DNA of 64,000 nt, taken from NCBI GenBank assembly GCA_964291625.2, contig OZ220089.1:3296001-3360000 (forward strand), in the 5' to 3' direction. This stretch comes from Candidatus Latescibacterota bacterium. Lineage in GTDB: Bacteria; Latescibacterota; UBA2968; UBA8231. The position numbers and the translations under genes were made by a program. Shown piece after piece: positions 43,330 through 52,003 of this stretch. Each line of letters starts with the position of its first letter. Position 1 is the stretch's first letter. The notes beneath the pieces are model-generated. The model did no database searches. It was not told where the DNA came from and saw only the letters and a program-made list of their open reading frames with translations.

Positions 43330-44159
43330 GCACCTTCTCCGACCGTCTGTCGCGGGCCGTCGCCGCCAACGGCTCGCTCCTGTGCGTCGGGCTCGACCCG
43401 GTCCCCGAGCGCCTGCCCGCCGGCCTCGCCCGCAACGCCTCCGGCGTCCTGGAGTTCAACCGCCGCCTGGTGGAGGCCACGGCGGACCTCGTCTGCTGCT
43501 TCAAGCCCAACCTCGCCTTCTACGCCGCTCTCGGCGCCGGCGGGTGGGACGTCCTGGCGGCCACCATCGAGGCCGTCCCCGACCCGGTGCCGGTGGTGGT
43601 CGACGCCAAGTGCGGTGACATCGGACCCGTGGCCGGACGCTGGGCCCATGCGATCTTCACCGAGCTCGGCGCCGACGCCGTCACCGTGACTCCCTACATG
43701 GGCTCCGACGCCGTCCTGCCCTTCACCCGCCACGCCGACCGCGGCGTCTTCCTCGTCTGCCTGACCTCCAACCCGGGGGCCGCCGACTTCGAGGCGGCCG
43801 CCGTCGAGGGCGGGGACCGGTTGTGGGAGCGGGTGGCGCGCCGGGCCCTGGAGTGGAACGCCGAGCACGGCAACTGCGGACTCGTGGTCGGCGCCACTCG
43901 CGCCGAGTCGATGGCCGGCTTGCGGAGGTTGGCCCCGGAGCTTCCCTTTCTGGTGCCCGGCGTCGGCGCCCAGGGGGGGGATCTGGCCGGGTCGGTGGCC
44001 GGCGGTTTGCGCAGCGACGGGGCGGGGTTGCTGATCAACGCCTCGCGCGGCGTCATGCACGCCTCCGAGGGCGCCGACTTCGCCGAGGCGGCGCGCGCCG
44101 AGGCCGACAGGCTGCGGCGCGAGATCAACCGGGTTCGGGGTGTAGCGCAGTCCGGTTAG
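43326..44159 (+). CDS. pyrF: Orotidine-5'-phosphate decarboxylase
   Basis: LCVGLDP, FKPNLAFY, DAKCGDIG, TSNPGA, GLVVGAT, LVPGVGAQGG, INASR. The stop codon lies inside tRNA-Pro. Confidence 0.95.
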   Translation: MSTFSDRLSRAVAANGSLLCVGLDPVPERLPAGLARNASGVLEFNRRLVEATADLVCCFKPNLAFYAALGAGGWDVLAATIEAVPDPVPVVVDAKCGDIGPVAGRWAHAIFTELGADAVTVTPYMGSDAVLPFTRHADRGVFLVCLTSNPGAADFEAAAVEGGDRLWERVARRALEWNAEHGNCGLVVGATRAESMAGLRRLAPELPFLVPGVGAQGGDLAGSVAGGLRSDGAGLLINASRGVMHASEGADFAEAARAEADRLRREINRVRGVAQSG

Positions 44160-44213
44160 CGCACCTGCTTTGGGAGCAGGGGGTCGTCGGTTCGAATCCG
44201 ACCACCCCGACCA
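44136..44213 (+). tRNA. tRNA-Pro (TGG)
   Basis: CGGGGTG/CACCCCG acceptor stem, cctgc-TTTGGGA-gcagg anticodon arm, GGTTCGAATCC, ACCA end. Confidence 0.95.
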
Positions 44214-44278
44214 CTTGCACGGTTGGCCCCTATTTCCACCGGTCCGTATCTTGACACACCGGCCCACAAGGCTCGCAG

Positions 44279-44355
44279 GTGCCCATAGCTCAGTTGGACA
44301 GAGCATCTGCCTTCTAAGCAGAATGTCCCAGGTTCGAGTCCTGGTGGGCACGCCA
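44279..44355 (+). tRNA. tRNA-Arg (TCT)
   Basis: GTGCCCA/TGGGCAC acceptor stem, tctgc-CTTCTAA-gcaga anticodon arm, GCCA end. Confidence 0.95.
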
Positions 44356-44368
44356 TTCTTCGACGTGT

Positions 44369-44446
44369 GGTGGATGTAGCTCAGTTGGTTAGAGCGCCAG
44401 GTTGTGGCCCTGGAGGGCGCGGGTTCAACTCCCGTCATCCACCCCA
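44369..44446 (+). tRNA. tRNA-His (GTG)
   Basis: G-1 plus GTGGATG/CATCCAC, C discriminator, ccagg-TTGTGGC-cctgg anticodon arm, CCA end. Confidence 0.95.
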
Positions 44447-44498
44447 TTCGCGGCCCTTTGCGAGTCCCTCGCTCAGGGCCGTCTTCTCTTGATCCTCC

Positions 44499-44981
44499 GT
44501 GCACTCCGAGAAGCTCCTCTCCCGCTCCGCCCTCCTCGATCTGCGCGCCCGCTGCCGCCGCGACGGCCGCGTCGTGATCTTCACCAACGGCTGCTTCGAC
44601 CTGCTGCACCGCGGCCACGTGGAGTATCTGCAGGAAGCCCGAGCCCTGGGCGATCTCCTCGTCGTCGGTCTCAACGACGACGACGGGGTGCGCCGGTTGA
44701 AGGGTCCGGGGCGCCCCCTGGTGCCGCAGGGGGACCGCGCCGCCCTGCTGTGCGCCCTCGATGACGTGAACGCCGTCACCCTCTTCCCCGGAACCAGCGT
44801 CGAGCCGCTGGTGGCGGACCTGCTGCCCGACGTGCTGGTCAAGGGAGGCGACTACTCCCTGGACGAGGTCGTCGGCCGCCGGGTGGTGGAGGCGGCGGGG
44901 GGCCAGGTGCTGGTCCTGTGCCACGTCTCCGGGCGGTCGACGGAGGGCCTCATCGGCCGGTCGTCTGCCGCCTCCGCGTGA
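44499..44981 (+). CDS. rfaE2: D-glycero-beta-D-manno-heptose 1-phosphate adenylyltransferase
   Basis: VIFTNGCFDLLHRGHVEYL, VGLN, LKGPGRP, PDVLVKGGDY, RST. Confidence 0.9.
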   Translation: MHSEKLLSRSALLDLRARCRRDGRVVIFTNGCFDLLHRGHVEYLQEARALGDLLVVGLNDDDGVRRLKGPGRPLVPQGDRAALLCALDDVNAVTLFPGTSVEPLVADLLPDVLVKGGDYSLDEVVGRRVVEAAGGQVLVLCHVSGRSTEGLIGRSSAASA

Positions 44982-45042
44982 TCGCCTCTCCGCCGCTGGA
45001 CGTTTGCGGACGGCCTGCGCATCTTAGGAAAGGCTGCCGAGA

Positions 45043-45765
45043 ATGAGAGCGAACCTGCCACCAAGACCGCTGTTGTGCCTCCTCCTCGCCGCCGCCCTGG
45101 CCGCGGCCGGGTGCGCCGGCACCGCTCCAGGGACCCGGCCGGCGGACAACTCCGCCGACCTGCGCGAGAAGCTGGAGGCCATGGGCCGCGATCAGCAGGC
45201 CTACGCCGACCGCGGGGAGGACCTCGCCGAGCGTCTGCGGCGGGCCGAGGAGAGCCTCGCCGCCCTGCACGAGCGGGTGGCCGCCCTCGAGGGATCCGGC
45301 GTCTCCGGCGCCGGCGCCATCCCCCCGGCGGGCGGCTCGAGTTCGGGCCCGGCCAGCCCCGTCGCAAGGACCGGCGCAGACCCGACCTTCGATGCCGCCG
45401 CCGCTTACGCCAGCGCCCGCGATCAGCACCGGAAGCGCCGCTTCGACGAGGCGGTGGCCGCATTCACCGAGATCCTGGAGCGCGCCCCCGACAGCGATCT
45501 GGCCGACAACGCCCGCTACTGGATCGGCGAGGCCCGCTACCTGCAGCGCCGGTTCCGCCCGGCCCTGGCGGAGTTCACCAAGGTCCTCGCCTACCCCTAC
45601 ACCGAGAAGGCCGACGACGCCCAGCTGATGATCGCCCGGTCCTACCTGGCCCTGGGCGAGTCCGACCAGGCCATGGCCGCCTTCCGCAAGCTCCTGCAGA
45701 ACTACCCCGGCAGCGAGTACGTCGACGAGGCGCGCGAGGAGCTGCGGCAGCTGGAGGGGCCGTGA
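45043..45765 (+). CDS. cpoB: Tol-Pal system TPR lipoprotein CpoB/YbgF
   Basis: Lipobox AAGC, coiled coil, LADNARYWIGE, KADDAQL, YPGSEY. Confidence 0.8.
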   Translation: MRANLPPRPLLCLLLAAALAAAGCAGTAPGTRPADNSADLREKLEAMGRDQQAYADRGEDLAERLRRAEESLAALHERVAALEGSGVSGAGAIPPAGGSSSGPASPVARTGADPTFDAAAAYASARDQHRKRRFDEAVAAFTEILERAPDSDLADNARYWIGEARYLQRRFRPALAEFTKVLAYPYTEKADDAQLMIARSYLALGESDQAMAAFRKLLQNYPGSEYVDEAREELRQLEGP

Positions 45766-46367
45766 TCCCGGCCCCCCGCCGCGCCATCTTCCTCGCCGCG
45801 GTCCTTCTCCTGCAGGCCGGCGGCGCCGGCGCCCTCGGGCCGAGCAATCTCGATCTCGTCTCCCGGGCCGCAACCCGGGCGGTGCAGGAGGCGGTGGCCG
45901 GCCTCGACACCGCCGGGCACGGCGAGGGCTTCGAGAGACTGAGCCTCCTGCCCGCCGCCAAGGACGACTCCAACTGGCTCTTCGAGCACCTGCTCCTCGA
46001 AGAGCTGCTCACCCGGGGCCTGGCGGTGACCGCCGACACCTCGGCGGCGTCCACCCACCTGTCGTACCGGGTCATCGAAGTCGCCGTCACCGGGCGGTCC
46101 GGGCTGCTGACCAACAACGTCACCCGCCGATGCCGGGTGGGCCTGCAGCTGGATCTCGACATGGGGGGCGAGCGTCTGTGGTCTGGCGAGGGGAGGGCTT
46201 GGCTGAGAGACCGCATTCCGAAGGGAGAGCTCGAGGCCCTCCAGCAATCCCGCTTCGACTTCGCCGAGACCGAGATGGAGAAACGCACTTGGGGCAAGTA
46301 CGTGGAACCGGCCATCGTCAGCTCCGTCCTGGGCTCCCTGGTCTACCTCTTCTACTCGAATCGCTGA
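45762..46367 (+). CDS. Hypothetical exported protein with a C-terminal hydrophobic segment
   Basis: GTG overlaps the cpoB stop; signal peptide; ends VEPAIVSSVLGSLVYLFYSNR; its stop overlaps the bamD ATG. Confidence 0.7.
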   Translation: MIPAPRRAIFLAAVLLLQAGGAGALGPSNLDLVSRAATRAVQEAVAGLDTAGHGEGFERLSLLPAAKDDSNWLFEHLLLEELLTRGLAVTADTSAASTHLSYRVIEVAVTGRSGLLTNNVTRRCRVGLQLDLDMGGERLWSGEGRAWLRDRIPKGELEALQQSRFDFAETEMEKRTWGKYVEPAIVSSVLGSLVYLFYSNR

Positions 46368-47122
46368 TGTCCCTCCGCGGACTCGCCTGGTTCCTGGCGG
46401 CGGCCGTTCTCGCCGGGTGCGCCGGCAAGAAGGACCCGGAGCGGTTGCAGGGCGCCGGGTTCTACTACGACAAGGGGGTGGAGGACTTCGAGAAGGGCCG
46501 CTATCTGCGGGCGGTGGACAACTTCCAGCGGGTGCTGAGCAACTACCCGGGTTTCGCCGAGGTTGCCGAGGCCCAGTACTACCTGGCCGAGTCTTTCTTC
46601 CACCTCCAGGAGTACGTCAGCGCCGTCTTCGAGTACGAACGGCTCGTCGACACCTATCCCTCCAGCGCGCGGCTCGTCGAAGCCCAGTACAAGATCGGGG
46701 AGTCCTACTTCGAGCAGAGCCGCCGCGCCGAGCTCGACCAGGCGGAGACCTACCAGGCCCTGGCGGCGTACCGCCGGTTCATCGAGGACAACCCCGGCAG
46801 TCCGCTGGTGGCCGACGCCAACGGGCGCATCCGCGAGTGCCGGGGCCGGCTCGCCGAGAAGGACTTCCTCGCCGCCCGGCTGTACCACCGCCAGGGGCAC
46901 CTCGACGCGGCGAAGATGACCTACGAGCAGATGGTCCGCGCCTATCCGGACACCGAGTGGTACTGGCACGGGCTGGCCAGCATCGGCCGCATCCACAGCC
47001 GCCAGGGCCGGCCGGAAGAGGCGCGGGATCTGTGGGAGCAGGTGCTCTCCGGCACCGGGGACGAGAAGCTGCTCGAGGACGTGCGCGAGTGGATGGCCGA
47101 GGCCGGGCAGGACGCCGAGTGA
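46367..47122 (+). CDS. bamD: Outer membrane protein assembly factor BamD
   Basis: Lipobox LAGC, TPRs, ELDQAET..A...F...NPGS, RLAEKDFLAARLY. Confidence 0.88.
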   Translation: MSLRGLAWFLAAAVLAGCAGKKDPERLQGAGFYYDKGVEDFEKGRYLRAVDNFQRVLSNYPGFAEVAEAQYYLAESFFHLQEYVSAVFEYERLVDTYPSSARLVEAQYKIGESYFEQSRRAELDQAETYQALAAYRRFIEDNPGSPLVADANGRIRECRGRLAEKDFLAARLYHRQGHLDAAKMTYEQMVRAYPDTEWYWHGLASIGRIHSRQGRPEEARDLWEQVLSGTGDEKLLEDVREWMAEAGQDAE

Positions 47123-47126
47123 GGCC

Positions 47127-47711
47127 GTGGGGGAGCGTCTCGGGATCCTGGGAGGCACCTTCGACCCCGTCCACTGCGGCCACCTCCTGCTGGCGCGCCA
47201 CGTCCTGGAGGCCCTCCGCCTCGACCGGGTGCTCTTCGTGCCCGCCGCCGAGCCGCCCCACAAGACCGAGCTCCTGACCGCCTCCGACCACCGCTGGCGG
47301 ATGGTCCGCGCCGCCGTCGAGGGCCACGACCGCCTGGAGGCCAGCGACCTCGAGCTGCGCCGCCCCGGGGTCTCGTACACCGTCGACACCCTGCGGCGGC
47401 TCCGCGGCGAGCGCCCCCGGGACGAGCTGTTCCTCATCATCGGCGCCGACAACGTGCCGGAGCTGGACGGCTGGCACGACCCGGAGGGCATCCTCGAGCT
47501 GGCCACGGTGGTCGCCGGCTCCCGGATCGAGGCGGGGAATCTCCCCGGCGGCGCCTTCGCCGACCGCGTCGAGCGTGTGGACACGCCCGTCTTCGACATC
47601 TCCTCCACCGAGATCCGGCGCCGGGTGCGGGCCGGCCTCCCGGTGCGCTGCCTGGTGCCCGAGGCGGTGGAGGGCTACATCGCCGACCACGGACTCTACG
47701 GGGCCTCATGA
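47127..47711 (+). CDS. nadD: Nicotinate-nucleotide adenylyltransferase
   Basis: GILGGTFDPVHCGH, PPHK, SYTVDTL, IIGAD, ISSTEIR. Confidence 0.95.
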   Translation: MGERLGILGGTFDPVHCGHLLLARHVLEALRLDRVLFVPAAEPPHKTELLTASDHRWRMVRAAVEGHDRLEASDLELRRPGVSYTVDTLRRLRGERPRDELFLIIGADNVPELDGWHDPEGILELATVVAGSRIEAGNLPGGAFADRVERVDTPVFDISSTEIRRRVRAGLPVRCLVPEAVEGYIADHGLYGAS

Positions 47712-48880
47712 GCCGTTCCTTCTTCACCCACCTGGAGTGCACCCGCACCGCCGCGCGCTACGACCTCGACGGGCTGCACAACCTCTCCGACGCCGGGGCG
47801 CCCCTCTTCGCCCGCTACGACCTGGCCGCCGCCCGCGGCGCCGTGGCCCGCGAGGAGCTGGCCGGGCGGGCCCCTTCCATGTGGCGCTACCGCGAGGTCA
47901 TGCCCCTGCGGGCCGGGGACGAGGCCGTCACCCTCGACGAGGGCTGGACGCCCCTGCGCCGGGCCCGCCGCCTGGGCGACTGGAGCGGCTTCGATCGTCT
48001 GTGGGTCAAGGACGAGTCCGTGAACCCCACGGGCTCCTTCAAGGCCCGGGGCCTGTCCGCGGCGGTCACCGCCGCCGCTTGCCGTGGAGCCGCCAGGGTC
48101 GCCATCCCCACTGCGGGGAACGCCGGCGGCGCCCTGGCCGCCTACGCCGCCGCCGCCGGCCTGGAGTGCCACGTCTTCATGCCCCGGGACACGCCCGCCG
48201 CCTTCCAGGTCGAGGTGACCGCCTGCGGCGGCCGGCTGGAGCTGGTGGACGGCCTGATCACCGACTGCGGGCGCATCGTCGGCGAGCGCCGCGAGGCCGA
48301 GGGCTGGTTCGACATGTCCACCCTGAAGGAGCCCTACCGGGTGGAGGGCAAGAAGACCATGGGCTACGAGCTGGCCGAGCAGCTCGGCTGGAGCCTGCCC
48401 GACGTCGTCGTCTACCCCACCGGCGGGGGCACCGGGCTGATCGGCATGTGGAAGGCCTTCGAGGAGATGGAGCAGCTCGGCTGGATCGAGCCCGGCCGCA
48501 GGCCGCGCATGGTCTCGGTGCAGGCCGCCGGCTGCGCCCCCATCGTGCGCGCCTTCGAGGCCGGCCGCGAGTACGCCGAGCCCTGGGCCGACGCCCGCAC
48601 CATCGCCTCGGGCCTGCGCGTGCCCGGCGCCGTGGCCGACTTCCTCATGCTGCGGGCCCTGCGCGAGAGCGGCGGCACGGCGGTGGCCGTCACCGACGAG
48701 GAGCTGATCGCCCGGAGCCGGGACCTGGCGCGGCACACGGGGATCTTCCCGGCCCCCGAGGGCGGCGCCACCCTCGCCGCCCTGCTGGCGCTGAAGGAGC
48801 GGGGTTGGCTGGACGCAGACGAGCGCGTCGTGCTCTTCAACACCGGGTCGGGCTACAAGTACCTGGAGGCCCTGTCTTGA
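47708..48880 (+). CDS. thrC: Threonine synthase
   Basis: TLDEGWTPL, KDESVNPTGSFKARG (PLP lysine), AGNAG, EPYRVEGKKT, YPTGGG, PEGGA, FNTGSG. Confidence 0.9.
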   Translation: MSRSFFTHLECTRTAARYDLDGLHNLSDAGAPLFARYDLAAARGAVAREELAGRAPSMWRYREVMPLRAGDEAVTLDEGWTPLRRARRLGDWSGFDRLWVKDESVNPTGSFKARGLSAAVTAAACRGAARVAIPTAGNAGGALAAYAAAAGLECHVFMPRDTPAAFQVEVTACGGRLELVDGLITDCGRIVGERREAEGWFDMSTLKEPYRVEGKKTMGYELAEQLGWSLPDVVVYPTGGGTGLIGMWKAFEEMEQLGWIEPGRRPRMVSVQAAGCAPIVRAFEAGREYAEPWADARTIASGLRVPGAVADFLMLRALRESGGTAVAVTDEELIARSRDLARHTGIFPAPEGGATLAALLALKERGWLDADERVVLFNTGSGYKYLEALS

Positions 48881-48904
48881 CGATGTAAGGGGCCGCCGTA
48901 CTTT
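48877..48904 (+). promoter_or_regulatory. Promoter of tRNA-Arg(ACG), with the -35 overlapping the thrC stop
   Basis: TTGACG (48877-48882), 16-nt spacer, TACTTT (48899-48904). Confidence 0.55.
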
Positions 48905-48918
48905 CATTCCCGGTCCGT

Positions 48919-48995
48919 GCACCTATAGCTCAATTGGATAGAGCATCTGACTACGGATCAGAAGGTTGGGGGTTCGAGTCCTCCTGGGTGCACCA
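48919..48995 (+). tRNA. tRNA-Arg (ACG)
   Basis: GCACCTA/TGGGTGC acceptor stem, tctga-CTACGGA-tcaga anticodon arm, ACCA end. Confidence 0.95.
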
Positions 48996-49098
48996 CCTTT
49001 TCCTCCGGCCCTTCCCGGCCATCCCCATCCGCACCGCCTGGCCCCTCGCACTCGAGCAGCCGTCCCCTCACGGCCAGCGGGCGCCCCAGAACTCCCGG

Positions 49099-51708
49099 AT
49101 GACATCGCGCAAGTCCACGCCTGAACGCCTCGTAGCCGTCTGCCTGCTGCTGTCGTCCCTCCTCGCCTCGCCGTCGTCCGCCCGGACCTCCGCGTCGATC
49201 GAAGGGGTGGCCGTCGACGAGAGCGGCATCCCGCTGCCCGGGGTCCGGGTGACGGTGAGCGGTGCCGGAGGGCCGATCGAGGTGGTGACGGGCGAAGACG
49301 GCGCCTACACGGCCGCCGGTCTGGCGGCCGGGGACTACCTCGTCCGCGGGACCCTGCCGCGGTTCCGGATGGAGGGGATCCGGGTCTCGCTGGCGGCGGG
49401 CGCCGAGGCCCGGGTCGACATCGTCATGCGGCGGGCGTGGCAGCTGGAGTCGGTCAGCGTCGTCGCCGAGGAGCCGCGGATCTTCGCCAGCAACGTCGTG
49501 GCCGAGCCGATGGTCCTGCAGCAGTCGAAGATCACCAGCGTCACGTCGGTGGTGGACAATCTCCCCGGCGTCTCCATCCAGGAGGGGGACGCGTACGGCT
49601 TCGACGACTGGTCGAGCAACGTCGCCGTCCGCGGCTTCCAGGTGACGATCAGCGAGGCCCAGATCGGCACCACCATCGACGGCTTCCCCAACGGCACCTC
49701 CGACTACTTCAGCGGCGCCAAGGCGAACCGCTTCCTCGACCCGATGAACCTCGGGGGCGTGGAGGTGTCGCAGGGGACCGCCGACATCGGCTCCCGGTCG
49801 GTGGAGGCCCTGGGGGGCACCTTCAACTACCTCACGGACGATCCGGCCGCCAGGCGGACCTATACCGCCTCCGTCACGCAGGGCGAGAACGAGGGCCAGC
49901 GGTTCGCCATGCGGGTCGACACGGGACCGCTGTTCGGCGGCGGGACCCGCACCTGGCTCACCGCCGTCCGCCAGGAGGCGACCGACTGGGTCCAGGGCTC
50001 GGCGCGCAACGAGCGCGAGCACCTGGCCGCCAAGCTCGTGTCGTCCCGCGGCGGCCTCGACCTGACCGGCTACATCTCGTACGACAGCATCCACGAGGAC
50101 ACCTACCAGCGGCTCTACGGCGAGGCCGACTTCCGGGCCAACCCGCGCTGGGACCGCCTGGTCGGCGACTGGCCCGCCGTGCCCTACCTGAACCAGTTCT
50201 ACCGGCCCGGCTGGCAGACCCGGCGCAACAACACCCTCGCCTACCTGAAGGCGGAGTGGCCCTTCAGCGACGCCGTCTCGCTGAACCTGGGCGCCTACTT
50301 CCACCGCAACCGGGGCCGCGGCGACTGGCTGCCGCCCTACATCGTCGACGTCATCGACGACGGCGGCGGACCGGAGTCGGAGCTGGCGGGCCTCGCCCCG
50401 GTGCAGGGCGGCGACCAGCTCGGGCTGATCTACTTCGTGGACCGCGACCGGGCCGCGGTGGGACCGGCCGACGGCTGCACCTCGTCCTTCCTCTTCAACT
50501 ACTACGGCTCGGGAGGCGCGGCCGTCGACCCGGCGTGCCACCCGGAGGCCACGGCGGTGCAGTCGTACCGCCACAGCCACTACGGGAAGGACCGCCTAGG
50601 GGTCACCCTCGACGAGGAGTGGCTCACCACCATCGGCGGGACCGCCAGCTCCCTGCGCGCCGGCCTCTGGTACGAGGACTCGCGCCGCGACCTGGGCCGG
50701 GACTGGCACCGGATGCTGGACCCGACCCTGAGCTTCCAGTGGGAAGAGCGGGCCTACTGGCACCAGTACGAGTGGGACTTCCCGCAGCACGTCCTCAAGT
50801 GGTACGTGGAGGAGACGCTCTACGCCGGCCCCCTGGCCCTCAGCGGCGGCGTCAAGCAGTTCCTCGTCGGCGTATCGCGCCAGGACCTGTTCGGCGTCGA
50901 CGAGGACCTCGAGGTCGACTCCGACTCGGAGCTGCTGCTCTCGGGCGGCGTGACCTGGGAGACGCCGGTGGCCGGGCTCGACCTCTTCGCCGGGTACGCC
51001 GAGAACTTCAAGGCGATCAGCAGCACCCTGCTGGAGGTGCCGGGCCGCAGCCTGGACGAGCTCGAGCCGGAGACGGCCTCCAACATCGACGTGGGGCTCC
51101 TGTACGCGGGGGACCGGGCCGCCATGAGCGCGACCTGGTACTCCATCGACTTCCAGGACCGGATCTTCTACCTCGGCCCGCAGACGACGGCTGGTCCCAA
51201 CTACCTCATCCCGGGCGGCGGCGCCTACTTCAACGCCGGCGGGATCGAGACCAGCGGCCTGGAGCTGGCCGCCACGGTGCAGATGCCGCGGCAGCTGGCC
51301 CTCTACACCTCCTTCACCCACAACAACTCGGAGTACGTCGGCAGCGGCGATCCCCTGGTCGACGAGAGCCAGGGCATCGTACCGGGGACCGACGTGGCCG
51401 GCGTGCCGGAGCGCCTGTGGGTCGTCTCCCTCGACCGCAGCGGCCCTCTCCGCGCCGGGCTGAGCGCCAAGTACACCTCACGGCGCCGGGTCAGCCTGAC
51501 AGCCGACTGGTACGCCGACGCCTACTGGCTGACTGACGCCTACGTCGCCTTCTCCGGCGAGGCCCTGAGCGACCTGCTCCGGTCGGTGGAGTTCTCGATC
51601 GTGGCGAACAACCTCTTCGACAAGGCGTATCTCTCGGCCATCACCGAGAACGCCGCCTGGCTCGGAGCGCCTCGGACGGTCTCGATGACGACGACGGTCT
51701 CGTTCTGA
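49099..51708 (+). CDS. TonB-dependent receptor with N-terminal carboxypeptidase-regulatory-like domain
   Basis: Signal peptide; IEGVAVDESGIPLPGVRV; plug LPGVSI..VRGF..IDGFP; LEPETA; NNLFDKAY..GAPRT..VSF with terminal Phe. Start trimmed to ATG 49099. Confidence 0.92.
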   Translation: MTSRKSTPERLVAVCLLLSSLLASPSSARTSASIEGVAVDESGIPLPGVRVTVSGAGGPIEVVTGEDGAYTAAGLAAGDYLVRGTLPRFRMEGIRVSLAAGAEARVDIVMRRAWQLESVSVVAEEPRIFASNVVAEPMVLQQSKITSVTSVVDNLPGVSIQEGDAYGFDDWSSNVAVRGFQVTISEAQIGTTIDGFPNGTSDYFSGAKANRFLDPMNLGGVEVSQGTADIGSRSVEALGGTFNYLTDDPAARRTYTASVTQGENEGQRFAMRVDTGPLFGGGTRTWLTAVRQEATDWVQGSARNEREHLAAKLVSSRGGLDLTGYISYDSIHEDTYQRLYGEADFRANPRWDRLVGDWPAVPYLNQFYRPGWQTRRNNTLAYLKAEWPFSDAVSLNLGAYFHRNRGRGDWLPPYIVDVIDDGGGPESELAGLAPVQGGDQLGLIYFVDRDRAAVGPADGCTSSFLFNYYGSGGAAVDPACHPEATAVQSYRHSHYGKDRLGVTLDEEWLTTIGGTASSLRAGLWYEDSRRDLGRDWHRMLDPTLSFQWEERAYWHQYEWDFPQHVLKWYVEETLYAGPLALSGGVKQFLVGVSRQDLFGVDEDLEVDSDSELLLSGGVTWETPVAGLDLFAGYAENFKAISSTLLEVPGRSLDELEPETASNIDVGLLYAGDRAAMSATWYSIDFQDRIFYLGPQTTAGPNYLIPGGGAYFNAGGIETSGLELAATVQMPRQLALYTSFTHNNSEYVGSGDPLVDESQGIVPGTDVAGVPERLWVVSLDRSGPLRAGLSAKYTSRRRVSLTADWYADAYWLTDAYVAFSGEALSDLLRSVEFSIVANNLFDKAYLSAITENAAWLGAPRTVSMTTTVSF

Positions 51709-52003
51709 CGGCGTACCGCCCCGTAAATCGAGTAGACCTGTACCTTGTCACGGAGGCCGAAGTCGTCAGCGTGTAGAAGGCGAACGAGGCCTGCCTTGGT
51801 CTGCCGTCTGTCCTCCGTCCGAGCCAGCCAAGGGGGTTATACTTACCGCCAGGACGAGGCATCGTTGGAGGTGCCTTCTCGAGATGGGAACCAAGGTCGA
51901 GGCCCGGGGCTTTCCATCTTCAAGGCAGGGTGCGACAAGGACTCCATACACGCATCGCCGTGATCGGCGGCCATAGCAGGAACTCCAAGGATCGGATGGT
52001 CAC

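Noticed and set aside
48934-49098. N-terminal extension of the TonB receptor in the ORF track
   Set aside because: It runs through tRNA-Arg(ACG). The signal peptide begins at ATG 49099.
51709-52003. Possible gene remnant or small ORF before the ATPase/DUF4276 pair
   Set aside because: No recognisable protein in any frame. Only an isolated TATACT at 51838-51843.
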